DNA of 64,000 nucleotides from Candidatus Saccharimonadales bacterium (GTDB lineage: Bacteria; Patescibacteriota; Saccharimonadia; Saccharimonadales; EFPC-124). Under the pieces are notes generated by a model. The model had not been told where the DNA came from. It worked only from the letters and a program-made list of their open reading frames with translations, and did not search any database. Position numbers and translations under genes: made by a program. The stretch lies in the NCBI GenBank assembly GCA_050730875.1, contig JBOHNX010000001.1, forward strand, positions 230,620 to 294,619, written 5' to 3'. The number at the start of each line of letters is the position of its first letter. The stretch's first letter is position 1. Shown one piece after another: positions 18,122-27,688 of this stretch.

Positions 18122-19060
18122 CTATTTATTGTCGGCGGCTTTTTCCAGGCCTTTAATATCGATTTTCTTCATTTTCAGCATCGCTTCCATGGCTCGGTTT
18201 GAGCGCTCTGTGCCTGAGTCTTCAAGCAGTCTCGGCAACGCTACTGGGATAATCTGCCACGACACGCCGTATTTATCTTTTAGCCAGCCGCATTGTTCGG
18301 ATTCGGGGACGGCAGAGAGCTTCTCCCAGTAGTAATCCACTTCTTCTTGATCTTTGCAATTCACGATGAATGAGACCGCTTCATTGAATGTAAAGTTGTG
18401 CTCCTGCGCGCTGTCCATAGCTGCGAACCACTGGTTCTCAAGCATAAAATCGGCAAACATGACTGTGCCTTCCTTTTCCGGCTCCATGCCTGCTGGGTAG
18501 CGGGCGATTTGCCCCTGCTTCGTATCTTTGAAAACTGAGAGGTAGAAGTTGATCGATTCTTCGGCTTTGCCGCACTTGTCGCCTACAAACATGAGCGAAG
18601 GTATTATGAAAGGCCTTGGCTCACCCTCTGGGCTTGTCAGCATTAGCCGCCAAGACACTCCGTACTTATCCTGGATCCAGCCGTAATGTTCGCTAAAAGG
18701 ATACTTGTCCAGTGCCATCAATGGCGTGCCACCTTCAGACAACTTTTTCCAGGCTGCGTCCAGCTTTTCTCGTGCGTTCTCTACTTGGGATGGATCAAAA
18801 TTAACAATAAAGGAAATGGAAGGGTTGAGCTTGAAAACCGGTCCGGCGTTGAGTGCTATAAAGCCTTGTCCCTTTATCTCAAATTCGACCGTCATCACAG
18901 TGCCTGGCGTCTGGCCCGTAATTTTCTGCCCTGTCTCCGGATAGCGCGTAACCTTACCAACTGCACCATCAAACACCGAGGTGTATAACTGCGCCGCTTC
19001 CTCGGCCTGATTATCGAACCATAAATTTGGGGTAATCTTTTGCATAATACTCTCCCTCAT
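18122..19060 (-). CDS. tandem two-domain VOC-family protein (PhnB-like)
   Basis: 312 aa; [16 protein letters not shown] and a second repeat [10 protein letters not shown]... typical of PhnB/3-demethylubiquinone methyltransferase-like VOC proteins. Confidence 0.7.
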   Translation of the reverse strand: MRESIMQKITPNLWFDNQAEEAAQLYTSVFDGAVGKVTRYPETGQKITGQTPGTVMTVEFEIKGQGFIALNAGPVFKLNPSISFIVNFDPSQVENAREKLDAAWKKLSEGGTPLMALDKYPFSEHYGWIQDKYGVSWRLMLTSPEGEPRPFIIPSLMFVGDKCGKAEESINFYLSVFKDTKQGQIARYPAGMEPEKEGTVMFADFMLENQWFAAMDSAQEHNFTFNEAVSFIVNCKDQEEVDYYWEKLSAVPESEQCGWLKDKYGVSWQIIPVALPRLLEDSGTERSNRAMEAMLKMKKIDIKGLEKAADNK

Positions 19061-19366
19061 ACAACCATCGTAGCACAGGTAGCGTAAGCGGTTTTTACAT
19101 CGGTATTTGACTTATGCTTATTTTTTTATCCTCTTTGTATTTTTAGCTGTGAATGTGTCCCTAATTGTTCTTCGGCGTCGCGATACGCCTGAAAGTCGTA
19201 TGCGCATATCGCCGCATTTTATGCCGTGGGTTGGTGTAATCGCGAGCGTCGCCTTATTGATTGGTCAGTTGGCCGTCACCCTGTCTTCATAAGCCGTTTG
19301 CATCCATTACACATCGTGCTTATACTTATTCCTAGAAATTGTGAGGCAAAAATAAAAGGGTAAAAT

Positions 19367-20863
19367 ATGGCAGCTCGTCTTCCAGTTCCTGGCAGTGATG
19401 ATGGTACTTGGGGAACTATTCTTAACGAGTTTCTCGAAGCTGAGCATAATGCCGATGGCACACTTAAAATCCGTAGCGACGGCACGGTTGTGTCTGCTAA
19501 CCGGCAGATTACACCTGGCACTGGCCTTTCGGGTGGTGGTGATTTAAGCGCTGATCGTACACTTAATGTTACAGACGACTCGACGACTCAAAAGGTGGAA
19601 GTAGCCTCTAGCGGAACGCTTGCCGGCACGCGAAAGCGCATTAATTTTGTTACTGGCGACAACATGACGGTGAGCGCCACAGATGACAGCGCGAATAATA
19701 AAGTAGATGTAACCCTGGCAGCTACCGGTGTTCCCGCAACGGCGTATGGCCAACAACAACTCGCAGCGCAGCGTGCTCAGGCGCTGACACCCTGGACGAC
19801 CGGTTTGGCAAATCGCCACTATGCACGCTGCAATGTAGTTTGTTTAGGAGATAGTATCACCGAAGGCCAAGGTGCGACAGAAGCCGACCGTCGCTGGGCA
19901 GCTCGACTCCGCGATAATTTACGGACACGGTTTCAAACTACAGGTGTCTCGGGCGGTGGCCGTGGCTTTCTTGGTGCAGCAGGGTCTGGCGAATCATCAT
20001 TTACCTGGCCGGCAACCATTGCTGGATCGCCAGCTGTTGCGTCGACGCTTGGCCCAAAAAGTCAGTTTGTGCAGCTCAACGGCAGCGGCCAGTCAATTAC
20101 CTACTCGCTCACTGGCGACTCGGCTGACATCATGTGGACGCAAGTGCCATTTGGAGGCACCTTTAGCTGGCAAGTTGATGGCGGGGCAGCTACAAATGTA
20201 TCGACCAACGGCGGATCGACCGTCGATGGTATACTCACGCACATTAGCCTCGGCGTTGGACAAGGTGCACACACGCTTACGCTAAACTGGGTTTCAGGCA
20301 ATGCTGTGATTGATGGCGTGGTCGAATATAGTGGTGACTACGCGGCGGGTATTCAGGTGCACGATGCTGGACATTATGGTTGGCAAACATCCGACTGGAC
20401 GGGCGCACTGGCAAGTGGTGGTAGCGGACCGGCAGCCGCTATTAATGCGTTGTCGCCGACAGCCCTTGTTATTACGTTGGGTGTGAATGATCAGTATGCC
20501 AATGTTACCCCGGCGACTTTCCAGTCGAACCTAACGAGCATCATCGGCCAACTGCGAGCCGTTGACAGTGCTCCTTATCCGTCAATCGTGCTGAACATGT
20601 TGCCGCCGCGTCAGGGACAATCTGGCTTCACCTACCCTTGGTCGCAATATGTTACCGCTGCCTGGAATGTGGCCGCTGCTGACACTGGCGGTCCTGGCGG
20701 TACATCTTTAGTAACGGTTATGGACTTCACGCTAGGTCCGCGTATGCCGAGTGCCGACAGCGATAGCTATGGCGTCTGGCAATCGGGCGATTTGGTGCAT
20801 CCTTCAAACAAAGGCCACAGTCTTATAGCTGATTATCTAACCAGTTTCCTGCTGCCACTATAA
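19367..20863 (+). CDS. SGNH/GDSL hydrolase with N-terminal beta-rich domain of unknown function
   Basis: 498 aa; CLGDSITEG (GDS block) and DLVHPSNKGH (DxxH block); the N-terminal ~150 aa are S/T/G/D-rich. Confidence 0.65.
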   Translation: MAARLPVPGSDDGTWGTILNEFLEAEHNADGTLKIRSDGTVVSANRQITPGTGLSGGGDLSADRTLNVTDDSTTQKVEVASSGTLAGTRKRINFVTGDNMTVSATDDSANNKVDVTLAATGVPATAYGQQQLAAQRAQALTPWTTGLANRHYARCNVVCLGDSITEGQGATEADRRWAARLRDNLRTRFQTTGVSGGGRGFLGAAGSGESSFTWPATIAGSPAVASTLGPKSQFVQLNGSGQSITYSLTGDSADIMWTQVPFGGTFSWQVDGGAATNVSTNGGSTVDGILTHISLGVGQGAHTLTLNWVSGNAVIDGVVEYSGDYAAGIQVHDAGHYGWQTSDWTGALASGGSGPAAAINALSPTALVITLGVNDQYANVTPATFQSNLTSIIGQLRAVDSAPYPSIVLNMLPPRQGQSGFTYPWSQYVTAAWNVAAADTGGPGGTSLVTVMDFTLGPRMPSADSDSYGVWQSGDLVHPSNKGHSLIADYLTSFLLPL

Positions 20864-21888
20864 TTAGCGCAGTAGTTCAGTTTTGAGCGGAATGTCGAAT
20901 AATTCGGCAGATTGTTTGTCGGTCATGACCACATGGATGTAGCGTACGCGGAGTGTGACTGGCTGGTTGTCGGGCGCTGCTGGGAGCGCTTGTTCTATGT
21001 GTGCGACTTGTTCGGGGTAGATTCTATCTGCTGGCCCATGTACTTCGGCGTATACAACCAGAGCGTTTTCTTGTGGACTAAACACGACATCTATTAAACG
21101 GTCGCCAGTTTGTTTGGCGATTTCCGATTGGAGTACATTGCGCGTTTCGGATTCGTATACTTGCTTGGCAATGGCTGAACGTAAGTTCAGCGTGAGCGCT
21201 ACTGCAAGTATCGCCAGTAGGCTGAGGCTAATAATGCTGCGTATCAGGAATGTTCTAACCGTGGCACCCTCTTTACGTGTCACGCGCCGGAAACCAGCCA
21301 GCCACAGCACAAGGGACATGGCAAATTGGATAGCGACGATGTTTGTTAAAGCTAGAATGAACGCGCCGGTTGCCAATTGGAATTCACCACGCGCTAAAAG
21401 CAAGCCTCCAGCTGTCATCGGCGGTACTAATGCAGTGGCAATGGCCACGCCGACAAATGCGCTAAATAGTTTTGGCGATATGGTTGCGAACGCGCCGGCT
21501 GCGCCACCAGCTAATGCAACCATTAGATCGAGCATGTTTGGCTCGGTGCGGATTAATATTTCGCGAGTTGTGGCTATATCGGCATGTATAAACCCAATTA
21601 CAAACGAAGTAATCACTACGCCGGCAATGCCGCCGATTAGCGTCATAAGGCTGCGTCGCAACAGCCGGTGGTCACTCTCCATAAGGCTAGTGAAATGCCC
21701 ATGAGCGGTCCGAGCAGCAAAGCTACAATCATCGCACCAATAATGACGGCTGGGCTGTTAGCGAGCATTCCGTAGCTGGCAATTACTGCCGCGAGCACGT
21801 TCATTAACAAAAATGCACCGGTAAATTGAGCTCGTTCTTTTATGAGCGCAATGGATTTTTCTTTTTGCAGCGTATTGATGCCGAACAT
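20864..21888 (-). pseudogene. DUF389-family membrane protein, frameshifted near 21650-21685
   Basis: upstream piece carries GAMIVALLLGPLMGISLAL (DUF389 signature); downstream ORF continues ...ESDHRLLRRSLMTLIGG; the two frames overlap 21643..21682. Confidence 0.55.
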
Positions 21889-21952
21889 AAGAATTGTCAC
21901 CAGTATAGCAGGGTTGTGCAGACACAGCATACAACTTATGCTACTTGTAGAT

Positions 21953-22903
21953 ATGAAACCAATCGCCCACAAACCAGTGAGTGATTCACGTGTTGTTGGC
22001 ACGTCGTTTTTAGTGAGCATTTCGGACGTGCTGCTGAACCTGTTGGTGGCGCTGTTTACCGGTAGTGTCGTGATACTCTCGCAGGTGCTGCAAGGCTTGT
22101 CGGATTTGCTAACGGCCGGCATTCTGTATGTTGGCGTGAGTCGTTCCAAGCGCGCGGAAGATGTATTGCATCAGTTTGGCTATGGCCGCGAGATCTTTTT
22201 TTGGGTGATCATTGCAGCCATTTTTATGTTCTTTGGCACAGGCGGGTTGTCGGTCTATTTTGGCTGGGGGCAGTTGCAAAACCCTCAGCCAGTCGAAAAT
22301 ATCTACTTGGCTTTGCTAATGCTGCTGTTTGGCACAACGACCAACGCATATTCGTTTTGGCAAAGTGTGAAGCGGCTGAGCCAGACCGAAGGGAGCCAAT
22401 CATGGTGGCGCCGGCTGTGGTATTCGAGCATGGTAGAAGCAAAGGCGACGTTTTTGATTGATCTGCTTGGTACGCTAGCCGCGGTATTTGGTTTAATCGC
22501 ACTCAGTCTTTTAGTGCTGACTGGTGACACGCGGTTTGACGGTATCGGGGCGATCGTGATCGGGATAAGCATGATGACCAGCGCTATTTTACTCATTAAC
22601 GATGCGCACGGTCTGATCGTTGGCCGCGCGGTGCCGCTACGCGTAGCCGAAAGAATTACCAACGCAGCACTTTCGGTTCAGGGTGTACGCGCGGTGCTTG
22701 ATCTCCGCACCATGTATGCCGGTTCGACGCGGTTGCTCGTGATCCTAGAGGTTCATCTAGTGGACGAACTTACGACTGACGATATCGAACGGTTGACCGA
22801 CCAAATTAAAGAAGCAGTTAGAAGCGAAGTTCCCCATGTGCACCGAGTACAGGTAGAGGTAGAAACGCCGGACCTGGGAGTGATAGCGCGACCGACTGTA
22901 TGA
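21953..22903 (+). CDS. cation diffusion facilitator (CDF) family metal efflux transporter
   Basis: start taken at internal ATG; six TM helices, HQFGYGREI motif, C-terminal cytoplasmic domain. Confidence 0.7.
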   Translation: MKPIAHKPVSDSRVVGTSFLVSISDVLLNLLVALFTGSVVILSQVLQGLSDLLTAGILYVGVSRSKRAEDVLHQFGYGREIFFWVIIAAIFMFFGTGGLSVYFGWGQLQNPQPVENIYLALLMLLFGTTTNAYSFWQSVKRLSQTEGSQSWWRRLWYSSMVEAKATFLIDLLGTLAAVFGLIALSLLVLTGDTRFDGIGAIVIGISMMTSAILLINDAHGLIVGRAVPLRVAERITNAALSVQGVRAVLDLRTMYAGSTRLLVILEVHLVDELTTDDIERLTDQIKEAVRSEVPHVHRVQVEVETPDLGVIARPTV

Positions 22904-23245
22904 ACAATGACTACCCGGCGATTGGCCGGGTTACTGCAAAAACAATACCGCCAATAGCTAGGGCAATCGCAAACACAATGCCTACTACCAGCGCAACGCG
23001 TTTTTTATTGATTGCATGGCCATCGCTATGATGCTCCGGTTGATTACTAGTGTTTTGAGGCGGTGTGATCTGCTCTTCCACGTTAGTTATCTCGATTATG
23101 CTTATTAAAGACTATACCATGCGCGCGTTATTCTACAGGTGAGGATACTTTTACAAGCGGGGCCTTGTTGGGGTTTGGAATCGATTTTGTATGTCGCCGC
23201 CCAGGTGGTCGGGTTGCTGAAGTGCCATTCGCTCGATATTATTAA

Positions 23246-24310
23246 GTGTATAAAGAAAAGCGAGGGATTATGAAGCCACTTATTTTAGGCCCGTTCGCAT
23301 TGCTGATCGGTGTTTTATCGTCATTAATTATTAGTGCGCCAGCACATGCAGCGAGTATGGAGTGCCGCAATAAGTACTTGCAAGTGACGTTATCAGAAAC
23401 GAACCCCACCAAGTACAAAGTGTTCGGCAAGCTGTGCTGGAAGGGTACGCTTAGTGACCGTAAAACCGTGCAGCTACTGACTCATGGCGGTTCGTACGAC
23501 CATCAGTACTGGGATTTTCCTTACCAACCAGCGACCTACTCGTATGTTATGGGTGCAGTGAATAAAGGCTACGCCACTTTTGCCATAGATCGTGTTGGAA
23601 CCGGACTGAGTGACAAGCCACCCGCCGAGCAAGTTACTATGCCCGCACATGCATTTGTAAATCATCAAATTGTCCAGGCGCTTCGCGCTGGTACGTTCGA
23701 TGGTGTTGCATTCCGCAAAGTGCTTGCAGTAGGTCACTCGTTCGGTGGGGGCATTTCGATTCTTGAAGCCGGCAGTTACAGTGATGTCGATGGTGTTGTG
23801 GTCACTGGTTTCTTGCACGACCTTAACCCAGAGGCTATCCCTGGTCTCATTAGCGATAGCTACCCCGCGCAACTTGACCCTAAATTTATGAATGCGGGCT
23901 TGCCGCTTGGCTACCTCACGACGAAACCAGGAGCCCGCAGCAAGTACTTTTACAATACGGCCTTTGCCGACCCTAAAGTTATTGCGCTCGATGAAGAATT
24001 GAAACAAACAATAACCGATGGTGAACTAAGCACTCTCGGCACTATGTTTGACCGCAATGTGTCTCAACAGATACAAGTACCGGTGTTACTTGTCGTAGGC
24101 CAAAAAGATTACTTAATGTGCAATGAATTCGTCGGCTTATCTTGCATGAATAAAGATGCTGTGTTGGCTAGAGAACAAAACGCCTACAGTATGCCGGCAA
24201 AACTGGAAGCCTATGTGCAGCCCACCGCTGGACATAGCAATGCTTTGCATCCCAACGCATGGCAAGGCTACAATGCCATGTTTGATTGGGCTAGCAGGAA
24301 CGGGTTTTAG
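23246..24310 (+). CDS. secreted alpha/beta-hydrolase
   Basis: 354 aa; signal peptide ...SAPAHAAS; nucleophile elbow GHSFGG. Confidence 0.7.
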   Translation: MYKEKRGIMKPLILGPFALLIGVLSSLIISAPAHAASMECRNKYLQVTLSETNPTKYKVFGKLCWKGTLSDRKTVQLLTHGGSYDHQYWDFPYQPATYSYVMGAVNKGYATFAIDRVGTGLSDKPPAEQVTMPAHAFVNHQIVQALRAGTFDGVAFRKVLAVGHSFGGGISILEAGSYSDVDGVVVTGFLHDLNPEAIPGLISDSYPAQLDPKFMNAGLPLGYLTTKPGARSKYFYNTAFADPKVIALDEELKQTITDGELSTLGTMFDRNVSQQIQVPVLLVVGQKDYLMCNEFVGLSCMNKDAVLAREQNAYSMPAKLEAYVQPTAGHSNALHPNAWQGYNAMFDWASRNGF

Positions 24311-24316
24311 AATCGC

Positions 24317-25720
24317 TTACTGTACCAAGCCCTCTTTAATGGCAGTATCTAAGCTTGGTTCAGCTGTTTTTGCAGGTGGTGCAGACAGGTAGAGCTGGGA
24401 AAGCTGACGATAATATTTTGATCCAAAAGCGAGTAGCGTTATGGCGAGACCTATGGCGCTGGCAATAATAAAGACGAGAGCGATACCGCGGTTTTGCCCC
24501 GTGCCAAACCAGCCACCAATAAGATCGACGCCGGCACCAGTGGTCATAAACGGAATGAAAATAAATTGGGCAATTGGTCCGATCATAAATGCGGTTAGCG
24601 GCGAAGCGGATTGTTCGACACTCTGCGCAAAACCGAACACCCTACCCTGCCGCTCGTAAGGAACGACTTTTTGCAAAATGGTTTGCTCGGACGCTTCGAT
24701 ATATGGCATCAAAAGCATGTACATGTACGAACCCGCGGTCAAAAGAATAATCGACGCCTGCAACGGAAAGATAATACTGACTGTCCAAATAATAACGTTC
24801 ACGAACAAGAGTGAACGCACCGGGTTCTTGCCTAGACCAACCTTGGCAATAAGCAAACCGCCAATAATGAAACCTGTACTAAGGAAGCCCCACAAAAAGC
24901 CCCAGACCTGCACCGAAACCAGTGATAACCCGTAGGCGTCCATCAGTGCCATAAATACGCCAGCTAAAAAGTTATTGAATGTCGAAAATAGAATGAGCGC
25001 CAGCAGGCCAGGGCTTTTCCGCACCATTTTGTAAGTTCCGCGCAGGTCAACTTTTTTCGGTCCATCTTCAATATGAGCAATGCCTTTTTCGGGAACGCGT
25101 ACAACAAGGAGGTGAAGAGCCGAGAGTGCCAGCACGCCGATAGCCAACAATAGCGCATAGAACATGCCGCCGGCTGCCACAAGCACACCGCTAATGACCG
25201 ACGTCACCAAAAACGATATGCCTGTTGCGGTACCGACTAGCCCATTGGCTCGGTCGCGGCGATCTTCCGGGATGAGGATTGTCACGAGCGTTGGCATAGC
25301 GATGGTGCGAATATTTCCGGCAATGACGCCAAACATGAGAAGCGTGGTAAATACCCACAAGGTGATGCTCGAAGGGTCTTTAAAGGCACCTGGCGCAGCA
25401 GTTTGGTAAATGGCAAAACACACTAAGTACAGGGCAAACGAAACGGCGCCTGAAACCAGCATCATAGTTTTCTTTTTATGATGATCAACTAGGCTGCCAA
25501 ACCAAATGCCAGTCAGGGCGGTAACTACAAGATAGATGCCGGAAATGATCGCTGTCGCGAAGACCGAACGAGTCTCGAGGTATACAAAGAATGTAATCGC
25601 AAACCAAATCGTAAAGTTAGTCACCGACACCACCAGCGTGTTCGCTAGCAAATGAAAAAACGTTTTCATGTACGGTGCGGTAAGTGGTAAGCCCTTGGAT
25701 TTTTCTTTTTTCATAATCAC
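24317..25720 (-). CDS. MFS transporter
   Basis: 467 aa, 12-14 predicted TM helices, typical MFS loop motifs. Confidence 0.8.
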   Translation of the reverse strand: MIMKKEKSKGLPLTAPYMKTFFHLLANTLVVSVTNFTIWFAITFFVYLETRSVFATAIISGIYLVVTALTGIWFGSLVDHHKKKTMMLVSGAVSFALYLVCFAIYQTAAPGAFKDPSSITLWVFTTLLMFGVIAGNIRTIAMPTLVTILIPEDRRDRANGLVGTATGISFLVTSVISGVLVAAGGMFYALLLAIGVLALSALHLLVVRVPEKGIAHIEDGPKKVDLRGTYKMVRKSPGLLALILFSTFNNFLAGVFMALMDAYGLSLVSVQVWGFLWGFLSTGFIIGGLLIAKVGLGKNPVRSLLFVNVIIWTVSIIFPLQASIILLTAGSYMYMLLMPYIEASEQTILQKVVPYERQGRVFGFAQSVEQSASPLTAFMIGPIAQFIFIPFMTTGAGVDLIGGWFGTGQNRGIALVFIIASAIGLAITLLAFGSKYYRQLSQLYLSAPPAKTAEPSLDTAIKEGLVQ

Positions 25721-25760
25721 TACACTATAGTACTACACCCGATCAGCTATAATAACGCTA

Positions 25761-26060
25761 ATGGTTCGGCATCATCATACGCACTTAATACACAAAAAGA
25801 AGCGAAAAGACCTCTTCGACACGCTAGTCTACTTCTTTACGGTCGCTACTCCCCTCTTCGAGCTGCCGCAGGCAATTGCCATTTATAGCTCAAAAAGCGC
25901 GGAGCACGTTTCTGTTTATACATGGGCATTCTTTTTGGTTGCCGATGTTGTGTGGCTCGGCTACGCATTCCGCCATAAAATCAAACCCTTGATGGTTATG
26001 TATGTGTTTTACCTGGTAGTTGAGACCAGTATAGTCGCAGGGATTTTGCTGTATTCGTAA
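25761..26060 (+). CDS. SemiSWEET/PQ-loop small sugar transporter-like protein
   Basis: 99 aa, 3 TM, PQ motif in TPLFELPQAIAIYSS. Confidence 0.5.
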   Translation: MVRHHHTHLIHKKKRKDLFDTLVYFFTVATPLFELPQAIAIYSSKSAEHVSVYTWAFFLVADVVWLGYAFRHKIKPLMVMYVFYLVVETSIVAGILLYS

Positions 26061-26101
26061 CAAAGTTTTGCTAAGCTAAAAGTATAAGCGGAGTCCGCAT
26101 T

Positions 26102-26833
26102 ATGGAAAATACAAATACAAAACTGAATCTTAGCCTAGACTACCGGCTCATTACGATAATCTTGTTGGTCGTGATAGCTGGCATGTTAGTACTTTGGCGA
26201 CCGTGGGAAGATTCACGCGCGAAGGATAGAACTGTCGAAGTGACTGGTCAAACTACTATTAAAGCGGTACCGGACGAATTTGTATTCACGCCGACTTATC
26301 AATTTAAAAATGCCAATAAAGATGCGGCACTCAGCGAGCTTGCTCAAAAGAGCGAACAAGTCGTCGCTAAGTTAAAAGAACTTGGCGTTGCCGACAATAA
26401 GATTAAGACCAATTCGGATGGTTACGACTACCCTGCTTACAGAGAGGGTAATAACATCCCAACTTATACGCTGCGCCTAACCGTGACTATTGAGAACAAA
26501 GAACTTGCGCAGAAAGTACAAGACTATTTGCTCACCACCTCGCCAACTGGTGCCGTATCGCCACAAGCAAACTTTAGCGATAAAAAGCGAAAAGAACTGG
26601 AAGATAAAGCGCGCGACGATGCAAGCAAAGATGCACGGGCAAAAGCTGAGCAGTCCGCAAAGAACCTTGGTTTTAGTCTCGGCGCCGTAAAATCTGTGAA
26701 CGACGGTGCCGGTTTTGGCATCTACGCCGGACGCGGTGCCGATACAGCTGAAGAAACAGCACAAAAGCTTACTATTCAGCCTGGCGAGAATGAGCTTACC
26801 TACACTGTTACGGTCACCTACTTTGTAAAATAA
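26102..26833 (+). CDS. SIMPL-domain (DUF541) protein, N-terminal membrane anchor
   Basis: 243 aa; TM then TVEVTGQTTIKAVPDEFVF... characteristic of SIMPL/26-kDa periplasmic immunogenic protein. Confidence 0.55.
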   Translation: MENTNTKLNLSLDYRLITIILLVVIAGMLVLWRPWEDSRAKDRTVEVTGQTTIKAVPDEFVFTPTYQFKNANKDAALSELAQKSEQVVAKLKELGVADNKIKTNSDGYDYPAYREGNNIPTYTLRLTVTIENKELAQKVQDYLLTTSPTGAVSPQANFSDKKRKELEDKARDDASKDARAKAEQSAKNLGFSLGAVKSVNDGAGFGIYAGRGADTAEETAQKLTIQPGENELTYTVTVTYFVK

Positions 26834-26884
26834 CCTGTTAGAAATCTAACAGGCAGCAACTTGTATGCTTCGTAGCATAGAAGC

Positions 26885-27688
26885 ATGGATATCAATTCAG
26901 ATGTAACGCTGCAAAGCGGTAATAAAATGCCAGTGCTGGGTTTAGGTACCTGGCAACTGACAAATGATACTGCAGGAACCATAGTGAAAGCATTAGAATT
27001 GGGCTATCGTATGATCGATACCTCGGGCGATTACGGCACGCAACCTGGCGTTGGTGAAGGCATAAAACGCAGTGGCGTCGGTAGAAGTGACTTCTATTTA
27101 GTAACAAAGGTAGAAGAAACCGACGACGCCTACGAAGCGACACGCAAGAATTTAGATGAGCTACAGCTTGAATATGCAGACCTCATGCTAATTCATCGTC
27201 CGCCAAAAGCTGGGCCTGGGCATGAGTTGTGGGAAGGTTTAATCCGCGCCAAAAAAGAAGGCTTAGTCCGTGACATTGGCGTCAGCAATTATTCAATTCA
27301 ACAAATGCAGGAGCTTGCAGACGCAAGCGGTGAAATGCCAGTAGTCAACCAAATCGAATGGAGTCCGTTTGGCCGCAGTGACGAGATGCTAGATTTTTGC
27401 AAGCAGAACGGCATTATTATTCAGGCGTACAGCCCGCTCACGCGGACCAAGCGGCTCGAAGATGAAGCCTTGGTTGCAGTGGCCGAGAGACACCGCAAAA
27501 CTCCGGCGCAGGTGCTAATCCGATGGAGCATGCAGCTTGGCACCGTGCCAATACCCAAGGCGAATCAAATCCCGCACCTGGAAGAAGATATTGACGTGTT
27601 CGACTTTGAGCTAAGTGACGAAGACATGACGACGCTCAATGGCCTCAACGAAGAATATTCGGCGCTCTCGGGTCATCCCTACGTCTAG
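26885..27688 (+). CDS. aldo/keto reductase (2,5-diketo-D-gluconate reductase-like)
   Basis: 267 aa; MPVLGLGTWQ, IDTSGDYG, LIHRP, IGVSNY motifs. Confidence 0.85.
   Translation: MDINSDVTLQSGNKMPVLGLGTWQLTNDTAGTIVKALELGYRMIDTSGDYGTQPGVGEGIKRSGVGRSDFYLVTKVEETDDAYEATRKNLDELQLEYADLMLIHRPPKAGPGHELWEGLIRAKKEGLVRDIGVSNYSIQQMQELADASGEMPVVNQIEWSPFGRSDEMLDFCKQNGIIIQAYSPLTRTKRLEDEALVAVAERHRKTPAQVLIRWSMQLGTVPIPKANQIPHLEEDIDVFDFELSDEDMTTLNGLNEEYSALSGHPYV

Noticed and set aside
19107-19292. 61-codon ORF resembling the C-terminal end of a membrane transporter
   Set aside because: No start context or partner fragment; possibly a remnant. Not annotated as a gene.
22915-23090. Small minus-strand ORF (~56 aa, GTG start) with one TM helix between the CDF and hydrolase genes
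   Set aside because: Below the size threshold, with a non-ATG start and no RBS; not supportable from sequence alone.
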